Notes: generated by a model from the sequence alone, not told the origin. 32,471 nt of DNA from Puniceicoccales bacterium (GCA_031284015.1 JAITAS010000012.1:1-32471); one strand, 5' to 3'; counted from the stretch's first letter, positions 8,083-18,987 are shown. Numbers and translations: made by a program.

Positions 8083-8850
8083 TTAATTGGGAGTTAAAAA
8101 TAAACATCCCAATATCGCAAATGCACATAGGATGATCAGCCCGTTGATCACGGGGGAAAAATGGAAATTATTCGCTTCTTTGGAAGAAGATTTATTTTGA
8201 AAAATTGCCAGTATCCACTTGAAATATATATATCCCATGGAGTAAAAGCAAACTATATACACTACGAAATTCCATAACCATTTGAAATTATAAACAGCTT
8301 TTAAAAAGGTTATTCGCCAATAAAATCCCTGCAAGGGAGGAATTCCCAGTAAAAATATCATCGCCAGACACAATGGAAGGGCAATGGTTTTCCTTTTTTC
8401 AAAGAGTTTATAAAAGTTTTCGATATATACGGATCGTTGATTGCATTCCAGTTCTTTTAGGAATCCGGCTGCCAATAAAATCGCATTGCTAGCCAAGTAC
8501 GGGACGAAGAATGCGTAGAAAAATTTTTGTGGATTTTCAAGCGGCAGTCCAATGGCAAACATGTTTGCCAAAAAGACAGATTGCGCCAAATCCGTACGTT
8601 CAAAAAACCTCGAATAGTTTTCAGCGTACAGGGCAAAAGCCACGGACAATAGCATGATTAGATTCAATAGGACAAAAGATATTCCAAAGAATTCTAACCC
8701 ACTGATATGCAAAAAACAGGCCAGCAAAATTTTACTACCAATATTGAGAAACAACCGTATAAACAGGGATTTCGGCCGCAATGGATCAGGCAAATTTCCC
8801 AGTGCATAGGATACAAAAAAAACCGGTATCGTTAAAATATTCATCCGCAA
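8083..8850 (-). CDS. Divergent NuoN/MrpD-like proton-antiporter membrane protein, C-terminal half only
   Basis: Very hydrophobic. Collinear, degenerate NuoN motifs: FLNIGSK (TM8 Lys), ALYAENYSRF..TDLAQS (cf. AL.Q.N+KRL.AYSSIAH), LLGIPPLQGFYWR (cf. LAGIPP..GF.GK), YIYFKWI (cf. YYYLR++). Confidence 0.6.
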   Translation of the reverse strand: MRMNILTIPVFFVSYALGNLPDPLRPKSLFIRLFLNIGSKILLACFLHISGLEFFGISFVLLNLIMLLSVAFALYAENYSRFFERTDLAQSVFLANMFAIGLPLENPQKFFYAFFVPYLASNAILLAAGFLKELECNQRSVYIENFYKLFEKRKTIALPLCLAMIFLLGIPPLQGFYWRITFLKAVYNFKWLWNFVVYIVCFYSMGYIYFKWILAIFQNKSSSKEANNFHFSPVINGLIILCAFAILGCLFLTPN

Positions 8851-8996
8851 CAGGTTTTATCATGAGTAAAAATTTTTTATACAATTCAAATGTTTTTTAT
8901 CTATGACGGAGGCAGATTTCAAATGAAATAAGTCGACTCTTGTACATTGAGATGGTAATTTAATGGCGAAGGCATTAAATTCATAGTAAATAAAAA

Positions 8997-9659
8997 ATGC
9001 CAATAAAAAATATTATACGAGAAATCGAATCATTTGGTAATCCATCTTCCGCAAAGCAGTGTGAAAGATTTTTTCAAGTAGGACCTGGTGGATATGGGTA
9101 CGGTGATAAATTTTGTGGTGCGAGTGTTCCAAACCTGAGAAAGGTCGCGGAAAAGCATTCCAATACTTCATTTGGCGAAATCGAGAAATTACTGCAAAAT
9201 TCGCTGCATGAAGCACGCTTCGTTGCTCTCGTTTTGCTAATTGAAAAATTTAAAACGGCTCCGGAAGAGGTGATTCATATCTACTTCTCCAACACACGAT
9301 TTATAAACAACTGGGACTTGGTGGACGTTGCCGCACACAGAATTTGCGGAGCATATTGTCAGAAGAATAACGGAACGGACATCATTTGGAAGCTGGCAAA
9401 ATCTGACAATTTGTGGGAGAATCGGATTGCCGTGGTGTCCTCACTTGCGTTCATTAGAAATGGCGAATTGCAACTAACAATTGACCTGTGTGAACATTTT
9501 CTCAATCATCCACATCACCTTATTCATAAGGCTTGTGGCTGGATGTTGCGGGAAGTGGGGAAGAGAGATACTAATTTGCTCCTAGATTTTATTAATTCCC
9601 ACAAACTGCCAGGAATTATGAAGTCCTATGCGTTGGAAATCATTCGAAAATCTATTTAA
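8997..9659 (+). CDS. DNA alkylation repair protein, AlkD-like HEAT-repeat glycosylase
   Basis: RFFQVGPGGYGYGDKFCG..VP.LR, HEARF.AL, INNWDLVD, LWENRIAVV, HHLIHKACGWMLREVGKR, YALE. Confidence 0.9.
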   Translation: MPIKNIIREIESFGNPSSAKQCERFFQVGPGGYGYGDKFCGASVPNLRKVAEKHSNTSFGEIEKLLQNSLHEARFVALVLLIEKFKTAPEEVIHIYFSNTRFINNWDLVDVAAHRICGAYCQKNNGTDIIWKLAKSDNLWENRIAVVSSLAFIRNGELQLTIDLCEHFLNHPHHLIHKACGWMLREVGKRDTNLLLDFINSHKLPGIMKSYALEIIRKSI

Positions 9660-9732
9660 AAAATTCACACAACATTAACAAAAACCTCCAATGGCGCCTT
9701 GACTTAACAAATAATTTACATTTTCATAACAT

Positions 9733-10947
9733 ATGAGGTGTAAAAAAACTAAAGCCGGCTGTGTAAGCATGTGGTGTACTTTGCTGTTACTAATTTGCCC
9801 CATGATAATGGCAGCGGTAGGGGATACACCTTTCACCATCGAAACACAGAATGTAACACAAAACATAACCTATGGTGAAAAAACCAATGATGTTATTCCC
9901 ATAGTTCTCTCAGCGGATAACAATTATGGACCCCAAATGTACGTGACGATGTTGTCGATATTGAAAAATTCAAACGTCGATACACGCTATGATTTTTATT
10001 TACTCGTCCCTTCGGATTTTAAAGCAATGTATAAATACTTCATCCTTGAGATAGGGGACCAATATGGGTGTGAAATTAATTTCATAGATATGAGGTCAGC
10101 ATTTGCTAACTCGCCATTGAAAAATGATTGGCCAGCTCCTGCCTATTATCGGCTATTGATTCCAGATTTGCTACCGAATTACAAAAAATGCCTGTACTTA
10201 GACACCGATATAGTCGTCAGGCATGACCTAACGGAATTGTTTAATACGGATCTTGAAGATTTTTACATTGCTGGTATCAATGAGAGGCATGCCGTAATAG
10301 ACGAGTTCAAATATCTATCGTCTATCAATCTGCACGGGGCAAAGCATTATATAAATTCCGGGGTTTTGGTAATGAACCTTGATCTAATGCGAAAAGATCA
10401 TTTGAAGGAAAAACTCGTATCAACGGCAAAGCATGGCGTTGATGGGGAAAAGGCTTTTATGTGGGCCGACCAAGATGCACTCAATATTGTATGCCGTGGT
10501 AGAGTGAAACTTTTAGATTTAAAATTCAATGTTTTTCCTGGAATATTCGATTCAATTCTAGATTCCGAAGATTTTCTATCAAAGATGAAAGAATTCTATG
10601 GGGAAAAACAGTTCGGTGAAGCTTGCAATGATCCCCTCATATTACATTTTGCAGGGGGAAAGCCATGGAAGTCCCCTACGGCAATGTTCGATAATAGATG
10701 GTGGGAAATATGCCGCCTGAGCCCATTCTACGAAGAAATACTCTATAGATATATTGCATCTAGAGTAATAGCCGATATTGACGCCAAAATTGATGCCAGA
10801 TGCAGAGAATGTATCCACAGTGCCCTTGGTTATAGCAAATGCAACTACTACAGGTGCATTATTCTCTCCAAATTAACATTTGGTAAAAAGAAAGCTCACT
10901 ACCAACATAAATGCGAAGAAATAAAAAAAGTATTGGGAATTCACTAG
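9733..10947 (+). CDS. Glycosyltransferase family 8 with a hydrophobic N-terminal extension
   Basis: IPIVLSADNNY, YYRLLIPDLL, LYLDTD (DxD), YINSGVLVMNL, DQDALN, ILHFAGGKPW. Confidence 0.92.
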   Translation: MRCKKTKAGCVSMWCTLLLLICPMIMAAVGDTPFTIETQNVTQNITYGEKTNDVIPIVLSADNNYGPQMYVTMLSILKNSNVDTRYDFYLLVPSDFKAMYKYFILEIGDQYGCEINFIDMRSAFANSPLKNDWPAPAYYRLLIPDLLPNYKKCLYLDTDIVVRHDLTELFNTDLEDFYIAGINERHAVIDEFKYLSSINLHGAKHYINSGVLVMNLDLMRKDHLKEKLVSTAKHGVDGEKAFMWADQDALNIVCRGRVKLLDLKFNVFPGIFDSILDSEDFLSKMKEFYGEKQFGEACNDPLILHFAGGKPWKSPTAMFDNRWWEICRLSPFYEEILYRYIASRVIADIDAKIDARCRECIHSALGYSKCNYYRCIILSKLTFGKKKAHYQHKCEEIKKVLGIH

Positions 10948-10973
10948 AAATATCTTAGGTAGTTTCTGCTTCT

Positions 10974-11771
10974 ATGAAAAATTACCTCGAGCTTTTGAAT
11001 CAAGTATTAACCAATGGAGAAAAACGAAATGATAGGACGGGAGTGGGGACCATCGGATTATTCGGAGCCCAACTGCGATTTAATCTGATAGATACTTTTC
11101 CCGTTATTACAACAAAGTTCGTAAATTTGAAAGCAGTAATCCATGAACTTTTATGGTTCATCGGTGGCAATACCAACATCAAATACTTGCAAGACAATGG
11201 TGTAAACATTTGGAACGAATGGGCCGATGAAAATGGAAATTTAGGACGTGTTTATGGGGCTCAGTGGAGAACATGGCAAGCTCCTGACGGACAGATAATA
11301 GATCAACTGGCCAACGTCATAGAACAAATCAAAAATGATCCCTTCAGCCGTAGACACATCGTATCAGCTTGGAATCCAGGAGAAATAGGTAGAATGGCTT
11401 TGCCTCCATGCCATGCATTTTTTCAGTTTTACGTATCATCCGATGGAGGGTTAAGCTGTCAATTATACCAACGAAGCGCTGATATGTTCCTGGGGGTACC
11501 TTTCAATATTTCCTCATATTCCCTTTTAACCATAATGGTTGCCTATGTCTGCAATCTTCATCCCAAAGAATTTGTACATACGTTTGGAGATTTGCATATT
11601 TATACCAATCACCTGGAACAGGTAGAAGAGCAACTATCTCGCAAACCGCTATCCCTCCCAACCTTAAGATTAACCCGACCAGTGCATTCCATCGACGACT
11701 TCAAATATGAAGATTTCGAAATCGTGGGATATGAACATTGTCCAGCCATAAAAGCACCAATCGCAGTATGA
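10974..11771 (+). CDS. thyA: Thymidylate synthase
   Basis: [69 protein letters not shown]. Confidence 0.98.
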   Translation: MKNYLELLNQVLTNGEKRNDRTGVGTIGLFGAQLRFNLIDTFPVITTKFVNLKAVIHELLWFIGGNTNIKYLQDNGVNIWNEWADENGNLGRVYGAQWRTWQAPDGQIIDQLANVIEQIKNDPFSRRHIVSAWNPGEIGRMALPPCHAFFQFYVSSDGGLSCQLYQRSADMFLGVPFNISSYSLLTIMVAYVCNLHPKEFVHTFGDLHIYTNHLEQVEEQLSRKPLSLPTLRLTRPVHSIDDFKYEDFEIVGYEHCPAIKAPIAV

Positions 11772-12310
11772 TGAATGTGTCGACAGACCTCTATGATATT
11801 CTATTACAAAGATTAGATATTCGGGCCATTGCAGCAATGGCAGCCAATGGCATAATTGGGAATAATAATTCCATTCCCTGGGACGTTCCAGAAGAAATGG
11901 CATTTTTCCGTAGAATGACACAAAATGCATCGGTGCTAATGGGCCGTAAAACTTTTGAATCCATTGGCCATCCTCTCCCCAACCGACAAAATATTGTAAT
12001 GACAAAGGATACGGCTTGGCATCCCGACGCTGTCACCACGATACAAAAATTGGACCAACTACTAGAGCTTGACATTAAGGGTCCCATTTGGGTATGTGGC
12101 GGTGCGATGATCTACGAAATGTTATTTCCGGCCTGCCGAGAATTATATCTAAGTACGGTTTTTGGACAATTTGATGGCGATACAAGAATGCCACCTTTTG
12201 GGGAGATATTCGTTATACATAAAACAATTTTAACTTGCTCGACATTCAAAGTTGACCATTATGTGGCCAGACGATATGCGAATATTGAGAAAAGTCCGTT
12301 ATCTTTGTAA
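11768..12310 (+). CDS. folA: Dihydrofolate reductase
   Basis: [61 protein letters not shown] overlap with the thyA stop. Confidence 0.93.
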   Translation: MMNVSTDLYDILLQRLDIRAIAAMAANGIIGNNNSIPWDVPEEMAFFRRMTQNASVLMGRKTFESIGHPLPNRQNIVMTKDTAWHPDAVTTIQKLDQLLELDIKGPIWVCGGAMIYEMLFPACRELYLSTVFGQFDGDTRMPPFGEIFVIHKTILTCSTFKVDHYVARRYANIEKSPLSL

Positions 12311-13487
12311 AAAACTTTTGAGAAAATTGTATGGGCTGATCAATCATGCAGAAATATTCGCAACAGATGTGCTATACGATAGAAAGAAATCATTCGGGAC
12401 CGCCTGTGTGGCCGTAATTCTGCTGCCCTTATCCTTCTTGTTTGTCCTGATTGTAAAATTGAGGCATCTTTTGTATGTAAAAAGAATTTTTACGTCAGAT
12501 ATTTTGGGATGTCCAGTCATCGTTGTCGGCAATTTGACGGTTGGGGGAACGGGAAAAACCCCAGTCGTAGAAAAAATTGCCCGTGAATTAAATGAGAGAG
12601 GGAGAAAGGTAGCAATTCTTAGTCGCGGCTATAAAAGTAAAGGTGAACCCAAGTGGAAAGCTTTTATCCGTTGGATGACCCATGGTGATGAACCACCACC
12701 TAAGGTTGTAAGCAACGGAAAATCGGTACTACTGGATTCCGAAGTGGCTGGAGATGAACCATTCATGTTGGCTAAAAATCTGCCTGGAATTGTTGTTCTT
12801 GTTGACAGGGACCGTGTCAAAGCAGGGCATTATGCGATTAATAAGTTTGGAGTCGACGTAATAATTTTAGACGATGGCTTTCAATATTTCCCTCTGCGAG
12901 GGCATATAAACCTTCTACTAATCGATAAAACTAACCCCTTTGGAAATAAACACCTGTTGCCCCGTGGAATTTTACGCGAACCAATCTCCCAAATCAAACG
13001 AGCATCCTACGTTCTTTTAACCAAATCGAACAATATTTCCAATGATTCCATCATCGATACGATAAAATTATATAATTCGAATGCTAAAATTATTGAATGT
13101 GCCCACTTCCCGAGAAATCTATCAACTATACATAGCAAGGAAGTAAAGCCATTCAATATCATCGAAGGGCAAAAAATAATGGCATTTAGTGGAATTGCAT
13201 CCCCCGATGGATTTGAAAATTTTTTATTACAGCATGGGGCAGAAATTGTTTACAGAAAAAGGTTTGTCGACCATCACAGATTTTCCCAAAATGAACTGGA
13301 AAATATCTTCAACATTGCATGTGCTAAGGAAGCTGTCCTTGCAATTACAACGGAAAAAGACGCCGTCAGAATTCCAAAGGATTTTAATCCCCCAATCCCA
13401 ATCTACTTTTTAAAAATAGACATAGAAATTATTTCAGGTGAAGAAATATTTGAAGAGGCAATTTCCAAATTTGATACAACCATTTAA
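12276..13487 (+). CDS. lpxK: Tetraacyldisaccharide 4'-kinase
   Basis: [58 protein letters not shown]. Overlaps the folA 3' end. Confidence 0.95.
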   Translation: MRILRKVRYLCKKLLRKLYGLINHAEIFATDVLYDRKKSFGTACVAVILLPLSFLFVLIVKLRHLLYVKRIFTSDILGCPVIVVGNLTVGGTGKTPVVEKIARELNERGRKVAILSRGYKSKGEPKWKAFIRWMTHGDEPPPKVVSNGKSVLLDSEVAGDEPFMLAKNLPGIVVLVDRDRVKAGHYAINKFGVDVIILDDGFQYFPLRGHINLLLIDKTNPFGNKHLLPRGILREPISQIKRASYVLLTKSNNISNDSIIDTIKLYNSNAKIIECAHFPRNLSTIHSKEVKPFNIIEGQKIMAFSGIASPDGFENFLLQHGAEIVYRKRFVDHHRFSQNELENIFNIACAKEAVLAITTEKDAVRIPKDFNPPIPIYFLKIDIEIISGEEIFEEAISKFDTTI

Positions 13488-13502
13488 AATTATGGCAATG
13501 GC

Positions 13503-13850
13503 CTAAGAGTTGGGCATTTGCTTCTTTTTTTCCTTCAATTGCTTGCAATAATCTAGCATCTTTCGATTCATATCGTACATTGCCTGTGATAGTTCACCGG
13601 GGTAAACAACTGACATTTTTCTAACTGATTCGACTGTTTCTTCGGAAATTTTTCCTTCGTCGTATGCTTTTTCGGCTGCTATTGGAAAATGCTTCATCAG
13701 TCCATCTATAAATTTTTCAGCATCAACCTCTTTCAAATATTTTATCGCAACGTCCAAATTTGCAATGGTCTCTTTTATCTTCTTTTTAAGCTTAATTTTG
13801 GAAACTTTATTGGAAAAGGCTTCACCGTAGAGATCAAAGATTTTATTCAT
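13503..13850 (-). CDS. Hypothetical charged helical protein
   Basis: 115 aa with ATG start, preceded by AAGGT; fills the gap between lpxK and secA. No motif recognised. Confidence 0.6.
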   Translation of the reverse strand: MNKIFDLYGEAFSNKVSKIKLKKKIKETIANLDVAIKYLKEVDAEKFIDGLMKHFPIAAEKAYDEGKISEETVESVRKMSVVYPGELSQAMYDMNRKMLDYCKQLKEKKKQMPNS

Positions 13851-14011
13851 TTATTTACCTTTGGTTCATGTCGAAGAATTGTTGCAGAATTTTTACTTTT
13901 GTCAAACCCTGAATTAAATTAAAATTCGAACACATAGTGTTTACTTTTTCTAAAATTATTGGTTCGACGTTTGATTAATTGTATTTAAATCTATGGTCTC
14001 AATATATTGTA

Positions 14012-16948
14012 ATGATTGGAAAATTTTTTAGATTGTTCGTTGGGCATACCCACAAGAAATTTATCAAAGAATGCCAGCCGGTAATAACAAAAATCAACGG
14101 AATAGAGGAAACATATAAGTCGTTATCCGACGGAGCCATCGTCGCAAAATCGGAGGAACTAAAACAACGGGTGGGGAAAGGAGAATCCCTTGATGATGTG
14201 TTACCGGAAGCATTTGCGTTGGTAAAAAACACAGCTCGCCGTCTGTGCGGAAAGGAAATTGAAGTATGTGGCCATAAATTGATTTGGGATATGGTGCACT
14301 ACGATGTGCAACTTTTGGGGGGTATTGCCTTACACCAAGGGAAAATTTGCGAAATGGCAACGGGAGAAGGGAAAACCTTAGTTGCAACATTGCCACTCTA
14401 TTTGAATGCTCTAGCCGGAAGGAATTGTCACCTGGTTACTGTCAATGATTATCTTGCCCGTCGAGATGCGGAATGGATGGGCTATATCTATAGATTTCTC
14501 GGCATAGGGGTTGGGTGTTTGCAAAATGAAATGGACACGGAAGAACGCCAAAAAGCATACGCTTGTAACATAACCTATGGAACGGCATCGGAATTTGGGT
14601 TTGATTACTTGCGCGATAATGGCATGGCAACTTCTTTGGAGGAGCAAGTTCAACGGGAACATTACTATTGCATCGTCGATGAGGTTGATTCCATCCTAAT
14701 CGATGAAGCACGAATACCCCTAATAATTTCCGGGGCAGCACCAAAAGATGAAGAAAGTATGCCCTACATGGAGTTAAAACCATCGGTTGCCAACCTGGTT
14801 GAGTTACAACAAAAGCTGTGCAATCGTTTAGCCTCGGAAGCCAAAACCATACTGGATAATAGTGGAGATGCCTATGGTCGTGAGGCCTATAAAAAGCTCT
14901 GGCAAATAAAGCTAGGTATGCCAAAAAACAAACAGTTTTTACGCTTCATGGAGAATGGAGTATACCGAAAAAATTTCGACAAATTTGATCTCGAGATGAA
15001 TTCTGAATTACTCAAGGGCGAAAAGCACCAAATCAAGGAAGAGCTGTATTATTGCTTGGATGAGAAGGACAACCAATCGGATTTAACCGAGTTGGGACGT
15101 ACCAATTTGAGTAACGATGAAAATGCATTTGTCCTGCCCGACTTGCCATCAATATTTTCCGCTATCGATGTGGATGATTCCCTATCGCCGGCCCAAAAAA
15201 TTGACAAGAAACGCCATGCGGAGGAAGAATTTTCCCTAAAGAGCATCAAAATTCACTGCCTAAATCAACTTTTACGGGCATATTCTTTGTATAATAAGGA
15301 TGAACAGTATACCATTTTGGACGGTAAAGTTGTGATAATTGATGAAAATACTGGTAGAGCAATGCCCGGACGCCGATGGAGTGAAGGGTTACATCAGGCC
15401 ATTGAAGCTAAGGAAGGTGTAAAAATTGAGCGAGAATCTCGTACATATGCCACCATCACAATGCAAAACTACTTTAGAATGTATGAAAAATTGGCCGGCA
15501 TGACGGGTACTGCCGAAACGGAAGCACAGGAATTTAACGACATTTATCACCGATCTGTCGTAGTGATACCAACTCATAGAAAATGTATTCGTATTGATTT
15601 AAACGATGAAATTTATAAAACCCGTAGGGAAAAATACAATGCGGTAATCGCAGAGATTAAAGCAGCTAACCAAAAGGGACAGCCTGTTTTAGTGGGAACG
15701 ACGTCCGTCGAATCTTCGGAATTGTTGAGCAAAATGCTGAAGCGGGAAATGATAAATCATAAGGTTTTGAATGCCAAATATCACCAACAGGAAGCAGAAA
15801 TTATTGCCCAAGCTGGACAAAGAGGGGCCGTTACGATTGCAACCAACATGGCAGGACGTGGTACGGATATCAAATTGGGAGATAGTGTTTCGGAATTGGG
15901 AGGACTGTTCGTAATTGGTACGGAAAGGCATGAATCCAGGCGGGTCGATCGGCAATTACGCGGTAGATGTTCCCGCCAGGGAGATCCCGGATATTCGAAA
16001 TTTTTCGTTTCTCTGGAAGATTCTCTGATGCGAATTTTTGCCTCGACTGGTCCCATAGCACGGCTATTGCAGAACACATTTAAGGAAGGGGAAGTCCTGG
16101 CTCACCCTCTGTTGAACCGCTCCATTGAAACAGCTCAGAAAAAGGTAGAACAACACTATTATTCAATTAGAAAACATTTATTACAATATGATGACGTCCT
16201 CAATCAACAAAGGAAAATTATCTATTCTCTCCGGAGCGATTCCCTAAGCGAGAATAATACTCAAAATGTTATCTTTGAAATTATACACAATGAGTTGGAG
16301 TCTAGGTTGGAACAATTTTCGGATAGACTAATGGACGATAGGGATGACGATGACAGTCTTAAAACACTGTTGTCGTGGGTAAATATTAATTTTCCTTTGA
16401 ATTTGAAGGTGTCCGATTTGAGCAATAAATCCAAAGATACAATCTATGAGCTAATTTTATCGAAGATAAAAAAGGCCTATGAAATAAAACAATCTACTGA
16501 CGATCCAGAATCCTTAAAATTTATCGAACGGATGATACTTGTCCGAGCAATTGATAGTAATTGGCAAAAACATCTAACGGAAATGGATACTTTGCGGAGT
16601 AGCGTTGGGCTTCGGGGATACGGTCAACGAGATCCGATAAATGAATATCGTACGGAAGCATTTGAATACTTTAACACAATGTTGAAGCAGATCAATTCTG
16701 ATGTCTGTGCTCAATTATTCCGATCGGCAGGAAGCGCCCAAGCGTTCAATAGAATGGTCAATGAATTGCGTAAACACCTTGTGATGTCGGGGGGTACTTT
16801 GGAAATCGTACACGACGGACAACGGCAGAATGAAAAGAATGAGCCTAAAATGGTCATTAGATCAGTTTCACAACCTAAAATTAACAGAAACGATCTTTGT
16901 CCGTGTGGAAGTGGAAAAAAATATAAAAAATGTTGCGGCCTAAAGTAG
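14012..16948 (+). CDS. secA: Preprotein translocase ATPase SecA
   Basis: EMATGEGKT, VTVNDYLA.RD, EFGFDYLRDN, VDEVDSILIDEAR.PLIISG, GRRWSEGLHQAIEAKE, GMTGTA, ATNMAGRGTDI, QLRGR.SRQGDPG, C-terminal CPCGSGKKYKKCC zinc site. Confidence 0.98.
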   Translation: MIGKFFRLFVGHTHKKFIKECQPVITKINGIEETYKSLSDGAIVAKSEELKQRVGKGESLDDVLPEAFALVKNTARRLCGKEIEVCGHKLIWDMVHYDVQLLGGIALHQGKICEMATGEGKTLVATLPLYLNALAGRNCHLVTVNDYLARRDAEWMGYIYRFLGIGVGCLQNEMDTEERQKAYACNITYGTASEFGFDYLRDNGMATSLEEQVQREHYYCIVDEVDSILIDEARIPLIISGAAPKDEESMPYMELKPSVANLVELQQKLCNRLASEAKTILDNSGDAYGREAYKKLWQIKLGMPKNKQFLRFMENGVYRKNFDKFDLEMNSELLKGEKHQIKEELYYCLDEKDNQSDLTELGRTNLSNDENAFVLPDLPSIFSAIDVDDSLSPAQKIDKKRHAEEEFSLKSIKIHCLNQLLRAYSLYNKDEQYTILDGKVVIIDENTGRAMPGRRWSEGLHQAIEAKEGVKIERESRTYATITMQNYFRMYEKLAGMTGTAETEAQEFNDIYHRSVVVIPTHRKCIRIDLNDEIYKTRREKYNAVIAEIKAANQKGQPVLVGTTSVESSELLSKMLKREMINHKVLNAKYHQQEAEIIAQAGQRGAVTIATNMAGRGTDIKLGDSVSELGGLFVIGTERHESRRVDRQLRGRCSRQGDPGYSKFFVSLEDSLMRIFASTGPIARLLQNTFKEGEVLAHPLLNRSIETAQKKVEQHYYSIRKHLLQYDDVLNQQRKIIYSLRSDSLSENNTQNVIFEIIHNELESRLEQFSDRLMDDRDDDDSLKTLLSWVNINFPLNLKVSDLSNKSKDTIYELILSKIKKAYEIKQSTDDPESLKFIERMILVRAIDSNWQKHLTEMDTLRSSVGLRGYGQRDPINEYRTEAFEYFNTMLKQINSDVCAQLFRSAGSAQAFNRMVNELRKHLVMSGGTLEIVHDGQRQNEKNEPKMVIRSVSQPKINRNDLCPCGSGKKYKKCCGLK

Positions 16949-18012
16949 CAGTTGCCATGTCGGGAGGCGTTGATAGCGCGGTATCCGCATTGCGATTAAA
17001 AGATGCCGGCTACCAGGTGCATGGTATTTTTATGCGTACGTGGAATGCTGAAGATTCGGGAAATCCGATAGCTGACTGCCCATGGAAGACGGATTTGAAC
17101 GATGCGAAAAATGTCTGCGAAAAGCTTGGCATAACATTTGAAATCATCAACATGATATCCCAATACCGCACACTGATCGTAGAAGAACTGGTGGAAGGTT
17201 ATCGTAATGGGATTACGCCGAATCCGGATGTTTTATGCAATGCGCGGATAAAGTTTGGCATGCTCAAGCAATATGCCCGGGCCAATGGATTTGAAAAATT
17301 TGCGACAGGGCATTACTGTAGAGTAATAACCAATGAAAATGATACCGTCGACATCTTGGAGGGGGTTGATAAAAACAAAGATCAATCATACTTCCTTGCC
17401 ATGCTTTCCCAGGAACAAATACGAAATACACTATTCCCCGTTGGTGAACTGACAAAACCTGAAGTTCGCAAAATCGCTGAAAAGGCAAATTTGCCAAATT
17501 GCAAAAAAAAAGATAGCCAGGGAATTTGTTTTTTGGGCAAGGTAAAGATTCAAGATTTTTTATCGCATTATATACATGATCAACCCGGTAATATTGTCGA
17601 TTCCCAGGGCAAAATCGTTGGTCAACACCGAGGACTATTTCGATTTACCATAGGCCAGAGGCATGGGATCAATGTCCCATCAAATCTTGATTTTGCCTAC
17701 TATGTCGTCGTTGGAAAAGATCTCACCAAAAATCAATTGGTCGTAGAAATTGAACGACCGACATCAAAATTTCTATTCAGGGATGAATTTTTTATTCATG
17801 GTTTAAGCTTTACCAATGGAAGTCTCGGAGAATATGAAAATTTGCTAGCTCGCCCACGATACCGTGATCCCGCCCAAAGAATTGAGTTTTTTCGAACGGG
17901 AACCAGTACGGCTCGTGTTATCTTTAAACAACCTCAGCGGGCAATAGCAAGCGGACAAGTTATAGCATTCTATCGAAATGTAATCCTACTTGGTGGTGGC
18001 ATATTTGACTAA
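16930..18012 (+). CDS. mnmA: tRNA 2-thiouridine(34) synthase
   Basis: AMSGGVDSAV, TPNPDVLCN..IKFG, ATGHY, KDQSYFL, KKDSQGICF, FTIGQR.G, GQ...Y...LLGGG. Overlaps the secA end by 19 nt. Confidence 0.97.
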   Translation: MLRPKVAVAMSGGVDSAVSALRLKDAGYQVHGIFMRTWNAEDSGNPIADCPWKTDLNDAKNVCEKLGITFEIINMISQYRTLIVEELVEGYRNGITPNPDVLCNARIKFGMLKQYARANGFEKFATGHYCRVITNENDTVDILEGVDKNKDQSYFLAMLSQEQIRNTLFPVGELTKPEVRKIAEKANLPNCKKKDSQGICFLGKVKIQDFLSHYIHDQPGNIVDSQGKIVGQHRGLFRFTIGQRHGINVPSNLDFAYYVVVGKDLTKNQLVVEIERPTSKFLFRDEFFIHGLSFTNGSLGEYENLLARPRYRDPAQRIEFFRTGTSTARVIFKQPQRAIASGQVIAFYRNVILLGGGIFD

Positions 18013-18084
18013 AACTTTGAGCCATGTCATATTTCGACAATTATCCTAAAGTTTATTGGATCCGACATTAAAAATATCATAACC

Positions 18085-18987
18085 CTATTTGAATAAAAGA
18101 TTTTCGATATTTCGCGCACTATAAATGAATGTCCTGATGTCATTCATGGCTTCATTTGAGTCTTCTAACAAAAAATGCCCTGCCATTTGGTAACGTTTAT
18201 ACGCGGCATTTGGTAGTATTTTTCCCCAAGCTTTTAGAACATCGAAACCGTAGCGAAAATCATCGTCCGACCAAAAAAATTTAATTTTTTTATTACACAA
18301 AATAAACGCTTTTTCGCTGATTATACTTAAAGTTTTCAAGGAAGGATGGTCAGGTAACCATGGAATATCGTCTATCTCGGCAGCAATAGCTACGCGGTCG
18401 GAAAATTTTTCGTATGGCCATAAGTATCCTCTAATAACATCTCCATCGAGTATTGAAAATGTTCCCAAATGTAAACAGGCCCAAGCAAACAAATTAAAGA
18501 ACCTTGAACATAAGAATGTAAAAAGAGGAAATTTGAAAAGTAAAATGATGGCTGGCAGCCTTGGTAAGGAAAAAACAGCGGAATTCAATAGGGACATACT
18601 ACTAATCCTTTCGGGCCAACGTTCTGCTATGGCCAAAGCCACTGCAACACCGAAATCTTGCGCTACAATATGAAATTTCTTGAACTGTTTTATCTCCGCA
18701 AAAGAAATAGCATTATCTATGTGGGTTTTGATGTCGTATCTACAACTTTTCGGTTTATCGGATAACCCATGTCCAATGTGGTCAATCGCTATGCACTTAA
18801 AATCTGAGCGCAGCAAAAGTATCAAATTTCTAAAAAAAAATGACCATGTGGGGTGTCCGTGCAAAAATAATATTGTCTCCCCCGTGCCCTCTTCAACATA
18901 ATGCATAATTGAACCATTTTTTAACTTGGCATAATGTTGTTGGAATGGATAAACTTCTCTTAAAAATAATGGTAATGACTTCTCCAT
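18085..18987 (-). CDS. Alpha/beta hydrolase of the haloalkane-dehalogenase/OleB-like group
   Basis: YPF..HY....G..MHYVEEG.G..ILFLHGHPTWSF, IAIDHIGHGLSDKP, VAQDFG nucleophile elbow, C-terminal AGHFLLED. Confidence 0.85.
   Translation of the reverse strand: MEKSLPLFLREVYPFQQHYAKLKNGSIMHYVEEGTGETILFLHGHPTWSFFFRNLILLLRSDFKCIAIDHIGHGLSDKPKSCRYDIKTHIDNAISFAEIKQFKKFHIVAQDFGVAVALAIAERWPERISSMSLLNSAVFSLPRLPAIILLFKFPLFTFLCSRFFNLFAWACLHLGTFSILDGDVIRGYLWPYEKFSDRVAIAAEIDDIPWLPDHPSLKTLSIISEKAFILCNKKIKFFWSDDDFRYGFDVLKAWGKILPNAAYKRYQMAGHFLLEDSNEAMNDIRTFIYSARNIENLLFK

Noticed and set aside
10974-13487. thyA-folA-lpxK overlapping operon, with glyA in the same window, as a novel pathway
   Set aside because: thyA-folA linkage is common, and the overlaps are consistent with ordinary genome compaction.
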